Shown here: positions 8,673-20,262 of the stretch, piece by piece | Position numbering within the stretch: position 1 is the first letter of the stretch | Layout of the letters: every line of letters begins with the position of its first letter | NCBI RefSeq assembly: GCF_006345805.1 | Contig: NW_021834046.1 | Coordinates: 1-22,518, forward strand | Direction of reading: 5' to 3' | Source of the DNA: Octopus sinensis | Lineage: Eukaryota | DNA: 22,518 nucleotides | Translations under genes and position numbers: made by a program | The notes under the pieces: model-generated | Told to the model about the DNA's origin: nothing | The model's input: only the letters and a program-made list of their open reading frames with translations | The model's database searches: none

Positions 8673-10149
8673 TGCTGGTGTGTCCTTATGCTTAGATAGT
8701 CAGTGTTTTATAAAAGGAGATAGCAATGCAGAAAGCAGTTAAAATATATAAAAATTTATCAATATTTCTCGTGAAAATTTGCATTTAAAAGGCTTTAAAG
8801 AACGCATAGCATGTAAATAACGTGCCCGATCTTTATGGGTTATCTTCAAATTACCAGATGATTATCGATATAAAAATGTGAAGCTGCAGATTGTTTCTCC
8901 ATGTTATCAGTGCCTAGGTGGGATGATATATATGCGAGTATAAATTGGGTTAAGTGGTGTGAGTTTCAATATCCATGTTATCCTTTGGCACTCATTTCAA
9001 ACCGGTTGGTTTGTGTCTTTTTGATATATCAGAATAGCCGGGTGTTACCGATATTACAGTCAGTTGCTTTAATAATAAGTGAGATGTATTTCTTCATGTT
9101 CCTGCATTTTCAAGACTTTTTTTTTTTTTTGGTAAAGAGTGTATATCGAAATATTCTTTATTTCGGACGTTTTGCGAATGCTGATGTAAACACCATGTCC
9201 TCAGGTAAAATATTTTTGTCTACGAAGATATTGTTTATAAAGACAATGGTGTTTACATACAGTGTTGGCTAGAAATCTATACATTTCCTGATGTTGTATG
9301 GCATTAGGTAATATCGTCTGAGATATACTATATCATATGAAAAAACAATGGGATAATCATTGCCAAAATGCCCTTCGGTTAGAGCTAAACTAAGGTTAAA
9401 TAACAATAAAAATAATGTTATTTAAGTTGAACTCATCAAAAGATTCGGGTCCCAATTCCTCTGTCTTTATCAGAACACCACTTCTCATCTCGGCACAAAA
9501 TTTTTAGTTATTAAATGAGACTGTAAATGCTTGAAAACAGTCACTAGAATGAATTAGACAGGAAGTAATAGTCCCCACTTCAGACGACAATTTTCACTTC
9601 AGATCAGAGGACTCCAACATGGACTGATTCTGCATTTCAGTTAATTTTTTTTTTTTCATATATGTTACTATTTAAGTTTACCGGTGTGTGTAGGCACCAA
9701 GTGAAACCACAGAACAACAAGAGAAAATTCTTCATCAGCTGGCCATAAACATTCATTTCACTTGCCATTGTGCACCACTGCCATTAGTCAATCACCGTCT
9801 AACAAAATTAATCGAGTAAAATTAAAATGTCACTGTTTTTGTGTGGTTAATTTGTTTTTCCAAGTTCGGATGGTTGGTTGAATATCCGCTCTTGTATTTC
9901 AGAAGCTATTAAGACTAAAATAATATCTTGTTTTGTTTTTTTTCATACAAAATGATATTTCAGACAAGTTTCTTGGATGCTATGAACGCAGTCAACTTTA
10001 TCCAAAATGCTACGGTTTGTATTTAAAAAAAAGCTTAATCAGTTACGCGAAAAGCGAAGTCTGATGAAATATGACTCCCACGTGAATTAACAGCAAAATG
10101 ATTTTGATTCCAAATACTTGTGGTTACACTAGATGGTAGTAAAAAATGT

Positions 10150-10362
10150 AATTTAAATTTTGGCACAAGGCCAGCAATTTCGGGGGGAGAGGGACTAAGT
10201 CATTTATATCGACCCCAGTACTCAGCTGGTACTTATTTTATTGACCTCGAAAGGATGAAAGATACAGTCGACCCCGGTGGAATTTGAACACCGAACGTAA
10301 AGCCATTAAAATACTCCTAAGCATTTTGTCCAGTGTGGTAACGATTCTGCCAGCTCGCCTCC
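10150..10362 (-). mobile_element. tRNA-derived SINE with a Nin/Deu-like central domain
   Basis: Minus strand: ggaggcgagcTGGCAGAATCG (A-box-like) ... ggtGTTCAAATTCC (B box, 10280-10293), then ctttcatcctttcgaggtcaataaaataagtacc (10228-10261), which resembles the Deu/Nin SINE domain as recalled from the literature. Confidence 0.8.
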
Positions 10363-10431
10363 TTAATGGAATCTAAATATTGATCACACGTATTAATTGT
10401 ATAAATCCCCATAAATACTTACCGTATATAT

Positions 10432-10620
10432 ACTGCGGCCATACTGGAGCACTGCTTTGGAGGATGCTTTAGTCGAACAAATAGACCTCAGCAATTATTT
10501 TTTGGTGAAGCCTGCTACTTATTCTAACGATTTATTTTTCTGGGGACATAAAGAAACCAACACCTGGTGTCAATCAATGGTAGACAACAACCACAAACAC
10601 AAAGACAAATACATAGATAC
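10432..10620 (-). mobile_element. Decayed SINE 3' half (same family as 7487-7663)
   Basis: Shares the gctcca-catggccgc tail with 7605-7630 in the opposite orientation and grades into a CA/TA microsatellite. Boundaries approximate. Confidence 0.55.
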
Positions 10621-10763
10621 ATGCATAAGGGGTATGTATATATACACATACATACACACACACACATACACATACATGTATGTATATGTGTATATATATA
10701 TATTATATAAGATAAACTTACTTGGAAATGGATGCGTGTGTCCAATCATATAATAATATAAAT

Positions 10764-10805
<42 letters not shown>

Positions 10806-10980
10806 TATATATAAACTTACTTGGAGAAGAGAAATAACAACGCGTGCGTTCGGTCATATAATAATATAATAAATAAAATATGCATATATACATACATATA
10901 TGTACATACTTACATCTACATGTAAATATACATGCATATATATATATTATATATAATATATATATATATATTATATATAT

Positions 10981-11746
10981 ATATGAGTACAGGACCACAA
11001 AAGTTCGCATTCTATGTTTTCGTATTTCGTATTTTATGTTGTTACGTTTTGTGACGTCCCTGTACCACATATGCATATGTATATACATATACATGTAAGT
11101 ATGTACATATATGTATGTATATCTGCTAATTCATTTTATCTCTTTTTCTCCCCTTTTGTTTTTTCTCATTCATCCTTTCTCTAATTCTTTTCCTCTCCCT
11201 TTCACTGTTCTCTATCTGTCTCCCTTCCTCTTTCTCACTCTTCCTCCTTTACTCTCTCGTTACTCCCACGTGACCATCGAATATCTTTCTTTTCATAACT
11301 TGAGCTTCTTTCTTTCCTTTTTATCTGCCGCAGAGATAACGCATTCTTTTCTGTCTCCTCTCCTATCTTTTCTTATGTCAAAGCTTGTTCCTCCAGCGTT
11401 TGCCACCTCACCTCGTTATGGCTTAGCAGCCCTTACTGTTTGTTTTCACTGTGCTGTTTTTGTTACCAACTTTGACCTTCCGCAAATCCCAAATTTTATT
11501 TTGTTTTGCGGGAGCAGCTGTTTTGTTAAATACACATTTTGTCGTAATTGCTCAAAATGTGGATTAGATAAATAACCGACAACTTGTCTTGTTTTCCATT
11601 TGTTTCTTTCGTTGTTCGCAAAAAAGCTCGTATTACATGTTTTCGTGTTTCGTATTTCATGTTGTTTACGTTTTATTACGTCCTGTGCCCATATATACAT
11701 ATGTATATACATATACATGTAACTATGTACATATATGTATGTATAT
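10981..11746 (+). mobile_element. Partial tandem of the 4086-4690 repeat: short inverted piece + tail + long copy B
   Basis: Tail 11015-11120 is repeated at 11640-11746 (49-nt stretch 11072-11120 vs 11698-11746 with one mismatch). 10981-11003 atatgagtacaggaccacaaaag is an imperfect inverted copy of 11046-11072. Confidence 0.75.
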
Positions 11747-11750
11747 ATGC

Positions 11751-11821
<71 letters not shown>

Positions 11822-12755
11822 AACATAGAGAGAGAAACACACAGAGAGGGAGAGAGAGTGGAGGAAAGAGAGTAAGTAAAGAAACTTTTTGTTGTACTTC
11901 TCTGCAGTGATACCATATTAAAAGTAATACACATGCGTGAACGCACGCATGTTGCCCTCACAAGCAAACGCATACACATTGTGTATGTATGCACGAAGTA
12001 AAATCGTGTGTGTGTGTGTGTGTGTGTGTGTTTGTGTATTGCCTGTAAAGGTGATTATACGACAAGAATTCAATTCGATTTAAAAAGTAACGATTTTTAA
12101 AAAGTATTCAACTGAATACCAACGCAAAAAACTTGTGCGAATGTGTTCACTTTGAAAACGTTATAAGTGATGGACCCTTGGTGAAGTTACAGCAATTACA
12201 TACGGAGCAATGTTCAGATGCTGCAGTCGAAACATATGTTAGTCATTGTTATATATTCTGCAGAAAACTTTTTAATAAAAAAACTTTTGGATGTGAATAA
12301 ATCTCCACTCTCCTTTTGGTTTTCAATTATGTATATATGTATGTGTGTGTGTGGTGTCTGTGTGTGGTGTGTATGTGTGTGTGTGTGTGTGTACACATAT
12401 TTTATTTTACGTAAACATACACACACACCTATACATTAATAAAAGTACTAAATTTACACTAATACAAAGAAATGTATATATGTGCACATGTAATCAGATC
12501 AGTTGCCATGCGCACAGAAAATGGCTCAAACATTGCTGTGAGTGTATGTATGTGTGTGTATATGTGTGTATGTTCGTATACCTGTTATGTTTTCATGCGT
12601 ATTTCGTTTTCTGAATCTGTATGTGTATTTTTGTAATTATGTATGCAAGTGTGAGTAAACTGGTTTGAATGACATTGTATCTGTACGTTAAGTTTATGTA
12701 TTGTGTGTGTACATGTGTATGTGCGCATATGCGTATTTGTGTGTTTGTGTGTGCA

Positions 12756-12788
<33 letters not shown>

Positions 12789-13380
12789 GTGTGTATGTGC
12801 GTGTTTATGTAGTTATGTATTTGTTTATGCGCTTGAAAACAACAGAACGTCGAATATTGTTATTCTACAAGATTAGAACTTCAAGAAAACGGATTTAAAA
12901 ATAAAATAACAACAACTATAATAACAACAACGGGCAAAAAACAAACAAACAAACAAACAAACAACAATAACAACCGCAACATTAACGGCGATACAGAAAC
13001 AACAATAAAAGTAAAATGGCGGAAAGTAATGCAGTTTTTATCCGATACTTTGCGTTCGCGACACGCATTTCGCAAGCACTCCTTTAAAACACAACCAAAT
13101 ACGCATCGAACGAGAGACCGACAAACCAGCCACCGCCATCACTACCATAACAATAATTACAACCTCCATCACCATCATTACCACCACTGGCAACCAATTT
13201 CCTATATGGTTTATTCTTTTCTTTTATCTAAACAAACGAATTTAAGCAAAGACTTGTGCCTCCTACTGAAAAAAAAAATCACCGTTGAAGCACGAATTCG
13301 CATATTGCAATTAAATTTTACAAATTTGGTAGTTTTGTACTTTGTTGGTTGAATGCTTGTTGCTTAAATCTGTTCTGCAA

Positions 13381-13393
13381 CGCCATCTAGCGG
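13381..13393 (-). promoter_or_regulatory. Candidate CTCF binding site
   Basis: Minus strand CCGCTAGATGGCG matches the CTCF core consensus CCRCYAGRKGGCR at all 13 positions. Motif match only. Confidence 0.45.
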
Positions 13394-13858
13394 ATTTAGG
13401 GAAAAATAAAATAAAATGAGAGGCAAAGAGGGAAGGTAGATGGCAGAGAAATGGACAAGCAGACAGACAGGCAGGCTAACAAAAGTAAGGAACAATTTGA
13501 TAATGTGTCAGATAAATGGGCGGTCTGGAAGTTGGGTGTCGGGTTGTTGTTTAGCCCTAGGCGAGCCTTGATTGAGCAACCCTATAGCCAAAGATGTTCA
13601 TGCCGAGATCAATCTCTTTGTCAAGCAGTGTGATTTAAGTGTACATACAATTCCAATGTGCAGTTTCCTCTTTTTTGAGACAGTAGTGTGTGATTTTAGT
13701 GAGAGAATTTCTATCAGACTGATTCACTCCGTAGAAGTTTCATAATCACCGTCAGCAGCAGTAGCAGCAGCAGCAGTATTATCACCATTATGGTGATAAG
13801 AAAGGCTGCGATGATGACTGCAAGGGGCATAACAGTATTTTTCCAAAGAATGCTAGCG

Positions 13859-13912
13859 TAGGTGATGATGCCACCTCTGCTGCTGTAGGTGATGATGCCA
13901 CCTCTGCTGCTG
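13859..13912. repeat. Perfect 27-bp tandem duplication
   Basis: taggtgatgatgccacctctgctgctg occurs twice (13859-13885 and 13886-13912). Confidence 0.97.
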
Positions 13913-13928
13913 ATGCTGGTGATGATGA

Positions 13929-13977
<49 letters not shown>

Positions 13978-14235
13978 CTCGTTGTTGTTGTTGTTGTTGT
14001 TGGTAGTGGTGGTGGTGGTGGTGGAGGTGGTGGAGGTGGTGGAGGTGGTGGAGGTGGTGGAGGTGGTGTTACTGTAGTTACTGTAGTGGTGGTTAGTGGA
14101 GCTAAGTGGTAAGGATGTTGGTTAACAATGATGATGATGATGACGACGACGACGACAATGATGATGATGATGATGAGGAGGAGGAGGAGGAGGAGGAGGA
14201 GGGAAACGACAACGACGACAACGGTGATGATGATT
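13913..14235. repeat. Compound trinucleotide array (GAT)/(GTT)/(GGT,GGA)/(GAC)/(GAG)
   Basis: Directly visible; source of the poly-L/V/E ORF 13889..14077. Confidence 0.95.
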
Positions 14236-14610
14236 AGTGGCTGTCGTTAAATATGAATAGAAAGACAACTATTCTCTGAAGAGTTTTAAAAATATGAAGA
14301 ATTACTTCAGACGTCAGGTTGTATTTAAACCAGATATGTGTGGTTGCTTATTTTGTGTGTGATTTAGTTTCGTCAGAATTTAACTTGAAACCTATTGGTT
14401 TCGAATCAGTCATCTACGCAACATTACACTCACTCAACAAAAACTTGTAATTCGGACCAACATTTTGAAATTAATTTTTTTCTGTTGTCGGTAAGTATAA
14501 TTGTTCGGTAAGTATAATTGTTGAGTGATTATGCTATATTTTACTACAGTGTCTGGGTGCTATATCGTGGGAGCATTCATAAAGGGGTGATCCTATCTAT
14601 TACTGCTTAA

Positions 14611-14646
<36 letters not shown>

Positions 14647-15194
14647 TGTGAAATAATTAAATGCGACAGAACTAGTATTAATACCAAAAGATAATATCTA
14701 TCTCCCACTTAATAAGGGTGTTGTGTTAGAAAACAGAATACTGTGTTCTTTACTGTAACAGGACCTCTCATATGAACTCGTGGTGCATAAAACCACACGT
14801 GTTTATATCGTTGACCATCCGCTGCAGCCACAGGGACTAAGCGAGATGAATATTACCTTTTGCTATTAATAATGCTGTTGTCGCTATAAATTATTTTTTA
14901 AACCGCCCACAAGCTATTTGCGACAGTAGTGCCTGAGTAGATACTGATGTTGTATATATCACTGAACGTCTGCCATTGACAAGCCCAAGAAAGGGCAAAA
15001 ATCACATGATCTGGTAGTTCTGACGGCCGTAGCGGACGGTCATTGTCCGTCAGCGATACAAAACGAGCGCCTTATGAACAAGTCCAAATGAGAGGTCATG
15101 CCTTAGTAAATGAGATCGTATTCTATGTTCTAACACAATATCCCCATTAAGCGGGAGATAAATATAAAATATATGCGTGTGCGTGTGTGTATAA

Positions 15195-15241
<47 letters not shown>

Positions 15242-16387
15242 GTATGTGTGTATGTGTGTGTATTTCAAACAGATAAAAATCCGATGACACAACACCAGAG
15301 GGACTTGTAGTGGAAAACAAATTAACCTACAAGAAAGTGTGACGGATTAGAGACACCATATATATAATTCACAGACATCCAAAAGGATTATCAAAATTTC
15401 TGTAGCAACTTCATATATAAAATAACAATTGCTCAAGTAGACAGAACAACTTTGGCAAAACAGAATATGAACGTCGTTGCCATCTGCAGATATAGAACAA
15501 CTACTGAACCGACCAATGAATAAGAGATAAAGAAAACATGACAATTATTAGTTTTAAAACAACATGCAGCATGTGGGTAGCAACAAGTCTATACGAGTCA
15601 TTGAGTATGTTTCTGTGTGCAGCAGTCAATCCTATTCAATTTAGCAACCAAATATCACTCCACAAACTATCGAGCTGGGTCCAAACAGTTATCTTTTGTT
15701 TCTAAATGATCAAAATATAAAATAGGTATAGATATTGTAAACATATTCTTCAAAAATAAGTTTAAATTTTTTTTAAATATTCACTTTGCTATAATAAGCC
15801 ATCACAGAAATTTTGACATTTGATATTATTATCGAGCAGTTTGATATGCCATTAACCTAAGATAACCCTATAAAATAATTGGACAAGTCATTAGTTAGGC
15901 TGTTTTTGTTCTTAAAATTGTGATGCTGATAAAATAAAAATGTTTTCACAAATCCAAATCAGGATTTTCATTTTTTTACTTTTTCTTTTTTCTTTTTTTT
16001 TTTTCCTAATCGGATCTAGAAACTGTTTAGCGCAAAAATGTAAAATGTCAATTAGAATCAATAAAAGGAACTCATAGTCTGTCGACTATCGATTTCAGAA
16101 CAAATATCATTATCAGATGCACAACGATCACTACTATCGCCACAGCTACGACCATCATCAACACCACCATCATTACTATTACTATTTAAGCCTAATCGCT
16201 TTGTATAACAAGAAAACGTTTTTACTAATGTGAACCTTTCTCACTAAAGAATTTTTAAAAAAAAGAGACGGGTTAAAATATAAAGATATATAACTTCAAA
16301 TTACATCCCACAAAATTAAAAAAACAGAAACCAATCTTGATTTGAAATTGCCATTTCTGTTTCAGTATCGAGTTATCGTTTCTTTAT

Positions 16388-16402
16388 AACAACAACAACA
16401 AC

Positions 16403-16461
<59 letters not shown>
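16388..16461. repeat. (AAC)n-(AGT)n microsatellite
   Basis: Directly visible. Confidence 0.95.
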
Positions 16462-16889
16462 ACTGTGGCTGTTTTCTTACTAATACCTTTCGTTTGACAA
16501 AATAAATCTCACCTTTATCTTGTCTGTATATCTCATCTACAAACAATACAAGATGGCTGATTTCACCGGTTTAATTATTTTTGTTTATCCGCCATTGTCA
16601 ATAAATCCTAAATCCCTAGATAAAATATATTTTACTATTGTTTTTTTTTGTCTCTCTTTTATTTATTTAATTTTTTTTTGCAGTGTGGATGTGGGGGGGT
16701 GTTCTTTTTGTTTTTCTGCTTTTAGCATCTTTAAGATATACATACATACATACATAAATACTTACATACGTACATATATACATATGCACACATATTTATA
16801 CTTAAACATATATATATATATATAGAGAGAGAGAGAGGTGGGGAGAGACATTGATATTATTTTTCTTATTCGAATTATTCTTTATCCTT

Positions 16890-17490
16890 GTCTTTCTTCT
16901 TCTTGTTGACATATTCTTACTGGCATTGTCAATGCTACTGTAGTTACTTCGGCTATTGATGTTGACGCACTTGCCGTTGTTGATCTACTGTCATTGATAT
17001 TCTTACCGCTGCTGCTACTGCTGCTACTACTACTGTTTTGTTGTTGTTTCTGCTTTTGATATAGTAGTTGTGATCGCAGTTGTTGCTTCCGTTATTGTTG
17101 TTGATGTATCGCAGTCGCCATTATTTTTTTTTATTACTGTCGTACATATCATTTTAGTTGTTATTGGTCTTGTCATTTTCGTCGTTGTTGTTGACGCTGT
17201 TGTTGTTCTTTCCGCATCGCTTTTGTTGTTGTTATTGTTGTTCTCAAAGTTCTCGTTATTATCGTTACTGTTATCCTTCTCATCGTCCTGGCACCTGATA
17301 TTGTTGTTGTGTTGTTGTTGTTGTTGTTGTTGCTGTCACTGTTTGTGTTGTTGTTATCATTCTGTTGTTGTTGTCTTTGTTATCATTGCTAATACCATCA
17401 TCACTGTTGTTTTTATTACCACTCTACTTGTTGCTGTTGTTGCTGCTGCTGCTGCTGTTGTTGTAGTTCTTGTTGTTATTGCTTGCTGAT
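16890..17490. repeat. Old degenerate (GTT/GCT/ATT)n trinucleotide low-complexity tract
   Basis: 3-nt periodicity with a purer (GTT)n core near 17300-17335; explains ORF 17070..17489. Confidence 0.85.
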
Positions 17491-17977
17491 TTAACATGAT
17501 GTTCTGACACAATCTGATACTCTTTTCTTATATCGGAATATATCGTCTCAGTTATGACAGCTGCGTGGATCTGGCAAACAAAGTTTCGCTGACAATTCCA
17601 CAGGGACCATAGAAATGGCTGTTCTCAATTACAGAGCTGCCGTATATACGCATATAAGTATGTTATATAAATGTGTGTATACATAGATACATATGTATAT
17701 AAATGTATAGAGAGAGAAGCATATAAACATAAGAATGTGTGTATATGTATGTATATATTTGTATACGTACATATATATGCGTGAGTGTACACACATCTGT
17801 TAGTGAACATATGTATGTATGAGTTGGGCGAAAGAGGCATGTAGAGCTAAATTAAGATAGCAGCATGAAACAGATATGTGGTAGATAGATAGATTAGTTA
17901 TGTTGATTATCCAGACATCTGTCCATCAATGTGTATGAGAATGTTTGCATGTGCGGCTACTCTTATGTGTGAGCTTA

Positions 17978-18062
<85 letters not shown>

Positions 18063-18220
18063 CAGACAGACAGAGTGAGGTGTGTGTATGGACACACATA
18101 TATACATGTCTATAGACACATGTATGGAGACAAACATACACATACATACAGTGTATCTATATGCAGGTGTGTATATGCCCACATGTATATATGTATACAA
18201 ATATGTTTGTATATGTGTGG

Positions 18221-18253
<33 letters not shown>

Positions 18254-18394
18254 TATATATATATTTAAAAATAGGATAAAATCTTAATAAGAAATTATCA
18301 GGTAGTAGCGTGAAAAAACCTCAAAGAGAAAAAAATCTGTAAATTTTTTCACTTGAAAATATTTATTTTTATTATAAAATGTTTATTTATATTA

Positions 18395-18643
18395 TATAGA
18401 GGGCATTATTACACATAAATGCCCACATATCATTCATGATATATTTTGAATTCGTTTCACTGACGAACAAGAGACGTAGATAATACGTTAATTGCGAAAT
18501 CACAGGTGATCTGGAACTAAATTCTGTTTTTAAATTTCTCGCTTCGAGAATTGCATTCGGTACGATTTGTTTATTTTTGGTAGTTATGACTTTAAAAGTC
18601 CCTCCTAGTGTGTGGCATTTATTGTGTAATAATGCCCTCTATA
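18395..18643. mobile_element. MITE / non-autonomous DNA transposon with ~33-bp TIRs in TA context
   Basis: atatagagggcattattacaca (18394-18415) is the exact reverse complement of 18623-18644. Similarity continues to 18427 and 18611 with one indel per arm. Non-coding interior; TA-flanked termini as in Tc1/mariner derivatives. Confidence 0.8.
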
Positions 18644-18657
18644 TGATATATATGTGT

Positions 18658-18695
<38 letters not shown>

Positions 18696-18700
18696 TGTAT

Positions 18701-18732
<32 letters not shown>

Positions 18733-19539
18733 GCGCATGTATGTGTGCATGAGCGTGCGAATTTGTGTGCTTCTGTATCTGTATATTTTTACGTATATGT
18801 CCGTGTTTGTGTGTGCGTGTGTGTATTTGCACATGCGCGTCTATACGCATGCGCAAGTATGAGTGTATGTCTATGTATGTGCTGTTGTTTATATGTTCAT
18901 GTATGTGTGTGTGTTTGTTTACGCTTGCTCGCCCCTTTTATCTTATTTTATTTTTGCTGTTGTATGAACGAAACCTCCCCAAAAAAAACAACTATCAAAT
19001 TTTCAATAATTACATCTCGTATACAGTAACACCCTACACTATTCACACACAACATCCTGGTTCTATACCCCTTCCATCCTATCATTTACTATACACTATA
19101 TCATTCTAACAACGATATTTCAACACCCGTGTTGTTTTTGTTTTTTTTCCTTTTCTCAATAAACCAGGTGTTAATCAGAATGTATTGAAATGATAGTCTT
19201 GTATGTATTTTAGCTGGGGTTTTTTTGTTTTAAACAATTTCTGTTGCTATTGATATATAATCCTCCAACCACGCCTCGAATAACACTACAACTATCATTG
19301 CTTATTTTCTTTCGTCTGTCTGTTTGTCCTGACGTTTAATTTTTCTTTTTTCTTTCTTTCTTTATGAACCTCTCCCTCTCTCTTCTCTTTCTCTCTCTTC
19401 TCTCTCTCTCTATCTCATTATATAAACACACACATACTCATATACACTTATGCATAGAAATATGTTTCTTCCTATCCTTCTACATCTATCTACTTATCTA
19501 TGTAACTATTTACTTATATATATATATGTCTATCTATCT

Positions 19540-19601
19540 ATTTGCTTATTTATGTCCCTGTCTATCTATTTATTTATCTATCTATCTATCTATCTATCTA
19601 A

Positions 19602-19644
<43 letters not shown>

Positions 19645-19933
19645 CTTCACTTACTTCCCACAACTTCACAGTTACTTTTATCCTTCTGCTTCATTCCGTG
19701 TAACTATACATTATTCACCTTGAATTTGAAGAGAAAGTGTGAGACAGCCACACAGTAAGACATATAACCAAACAGACAGACAGACAGACAGATAACCAAA
19801 CAGACACACAAACAGATAGACAGATAGATAGACAGACAGAAGGACAGACCGATAAGCAGGCAGAAATTACTATAGTTAAATAGCTGGACATAGAAAGATA
19901 GAAAAAAAAACAGAGAAAAACATAGATAAATAA

Positions 19934-20030
<97 letters not shown>

Positions 20031-20040
20031 CAGACAGATA
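19540..20040. repeat. (CTAT)n, (AGAC)n and (AGAT)n microsatellites
   Basis: (CTAT)n at ~19560-19642 and (AGAT)n at ~19935-20030. Confidence 0.95.
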
Positions 20041-20262
20041 TTGTTTATGCACGATGAGTGTGTGTGTGTGTGTGTGTGTGTGGTCTAAGCATTTCGATTT
20101 GTAACTACGTATTAAGAAGTTCGATTCTCTTCTTACTGATACCAAATACAGAAAAAATAGAGTTTGCAAATTTCGCAAAAATGTATGACGATCATGCATT
20201 GTTTAACTTGATTTTACTTATCTATTCTTCTGCCATATATATTTAACGCATATATATATATA

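Noticed and set aside
9696-9820. Open frame APSETTEQQEKILHQLAINIHFTCHCAPLPLVNHRLTKLIE
   Set aside because: Weak acceptor context, no recognisable homology, and length within chance expectation.
12091-12300. ATG-less open frame (...DGPLVKLQQLHTEQCSDAAVETY...) and a GAAAC-ATAT-GTT hammerhead-like piece near 12228-12240
   Set aside because: No convincing acceptor or homology. The putative ribozyme core (CAGAUGC) has two mismatches and no stem II.
15370-15522. Open frame DIQKDYQNFCSNFIYKITIAQVDRTTLAKQNMNVVAICRYRTTTEPTNE after a CAG
   Set aside because: The acceptor lacks a pyrimidine tract and there is no recognisable family; unsupported without transcript data.
16539-16595. Two YY1-like ATGGC motifs suggesting a promoter
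   Set aside because: Short partial matches, no CpG enrichment and no credible first exon or donor.
14829-17609. Shared 10-mer ccacagggac near 14829 and 17600
   Set aside because: The match does not extend, and 10-mer recurrences are expected in 22 kb.
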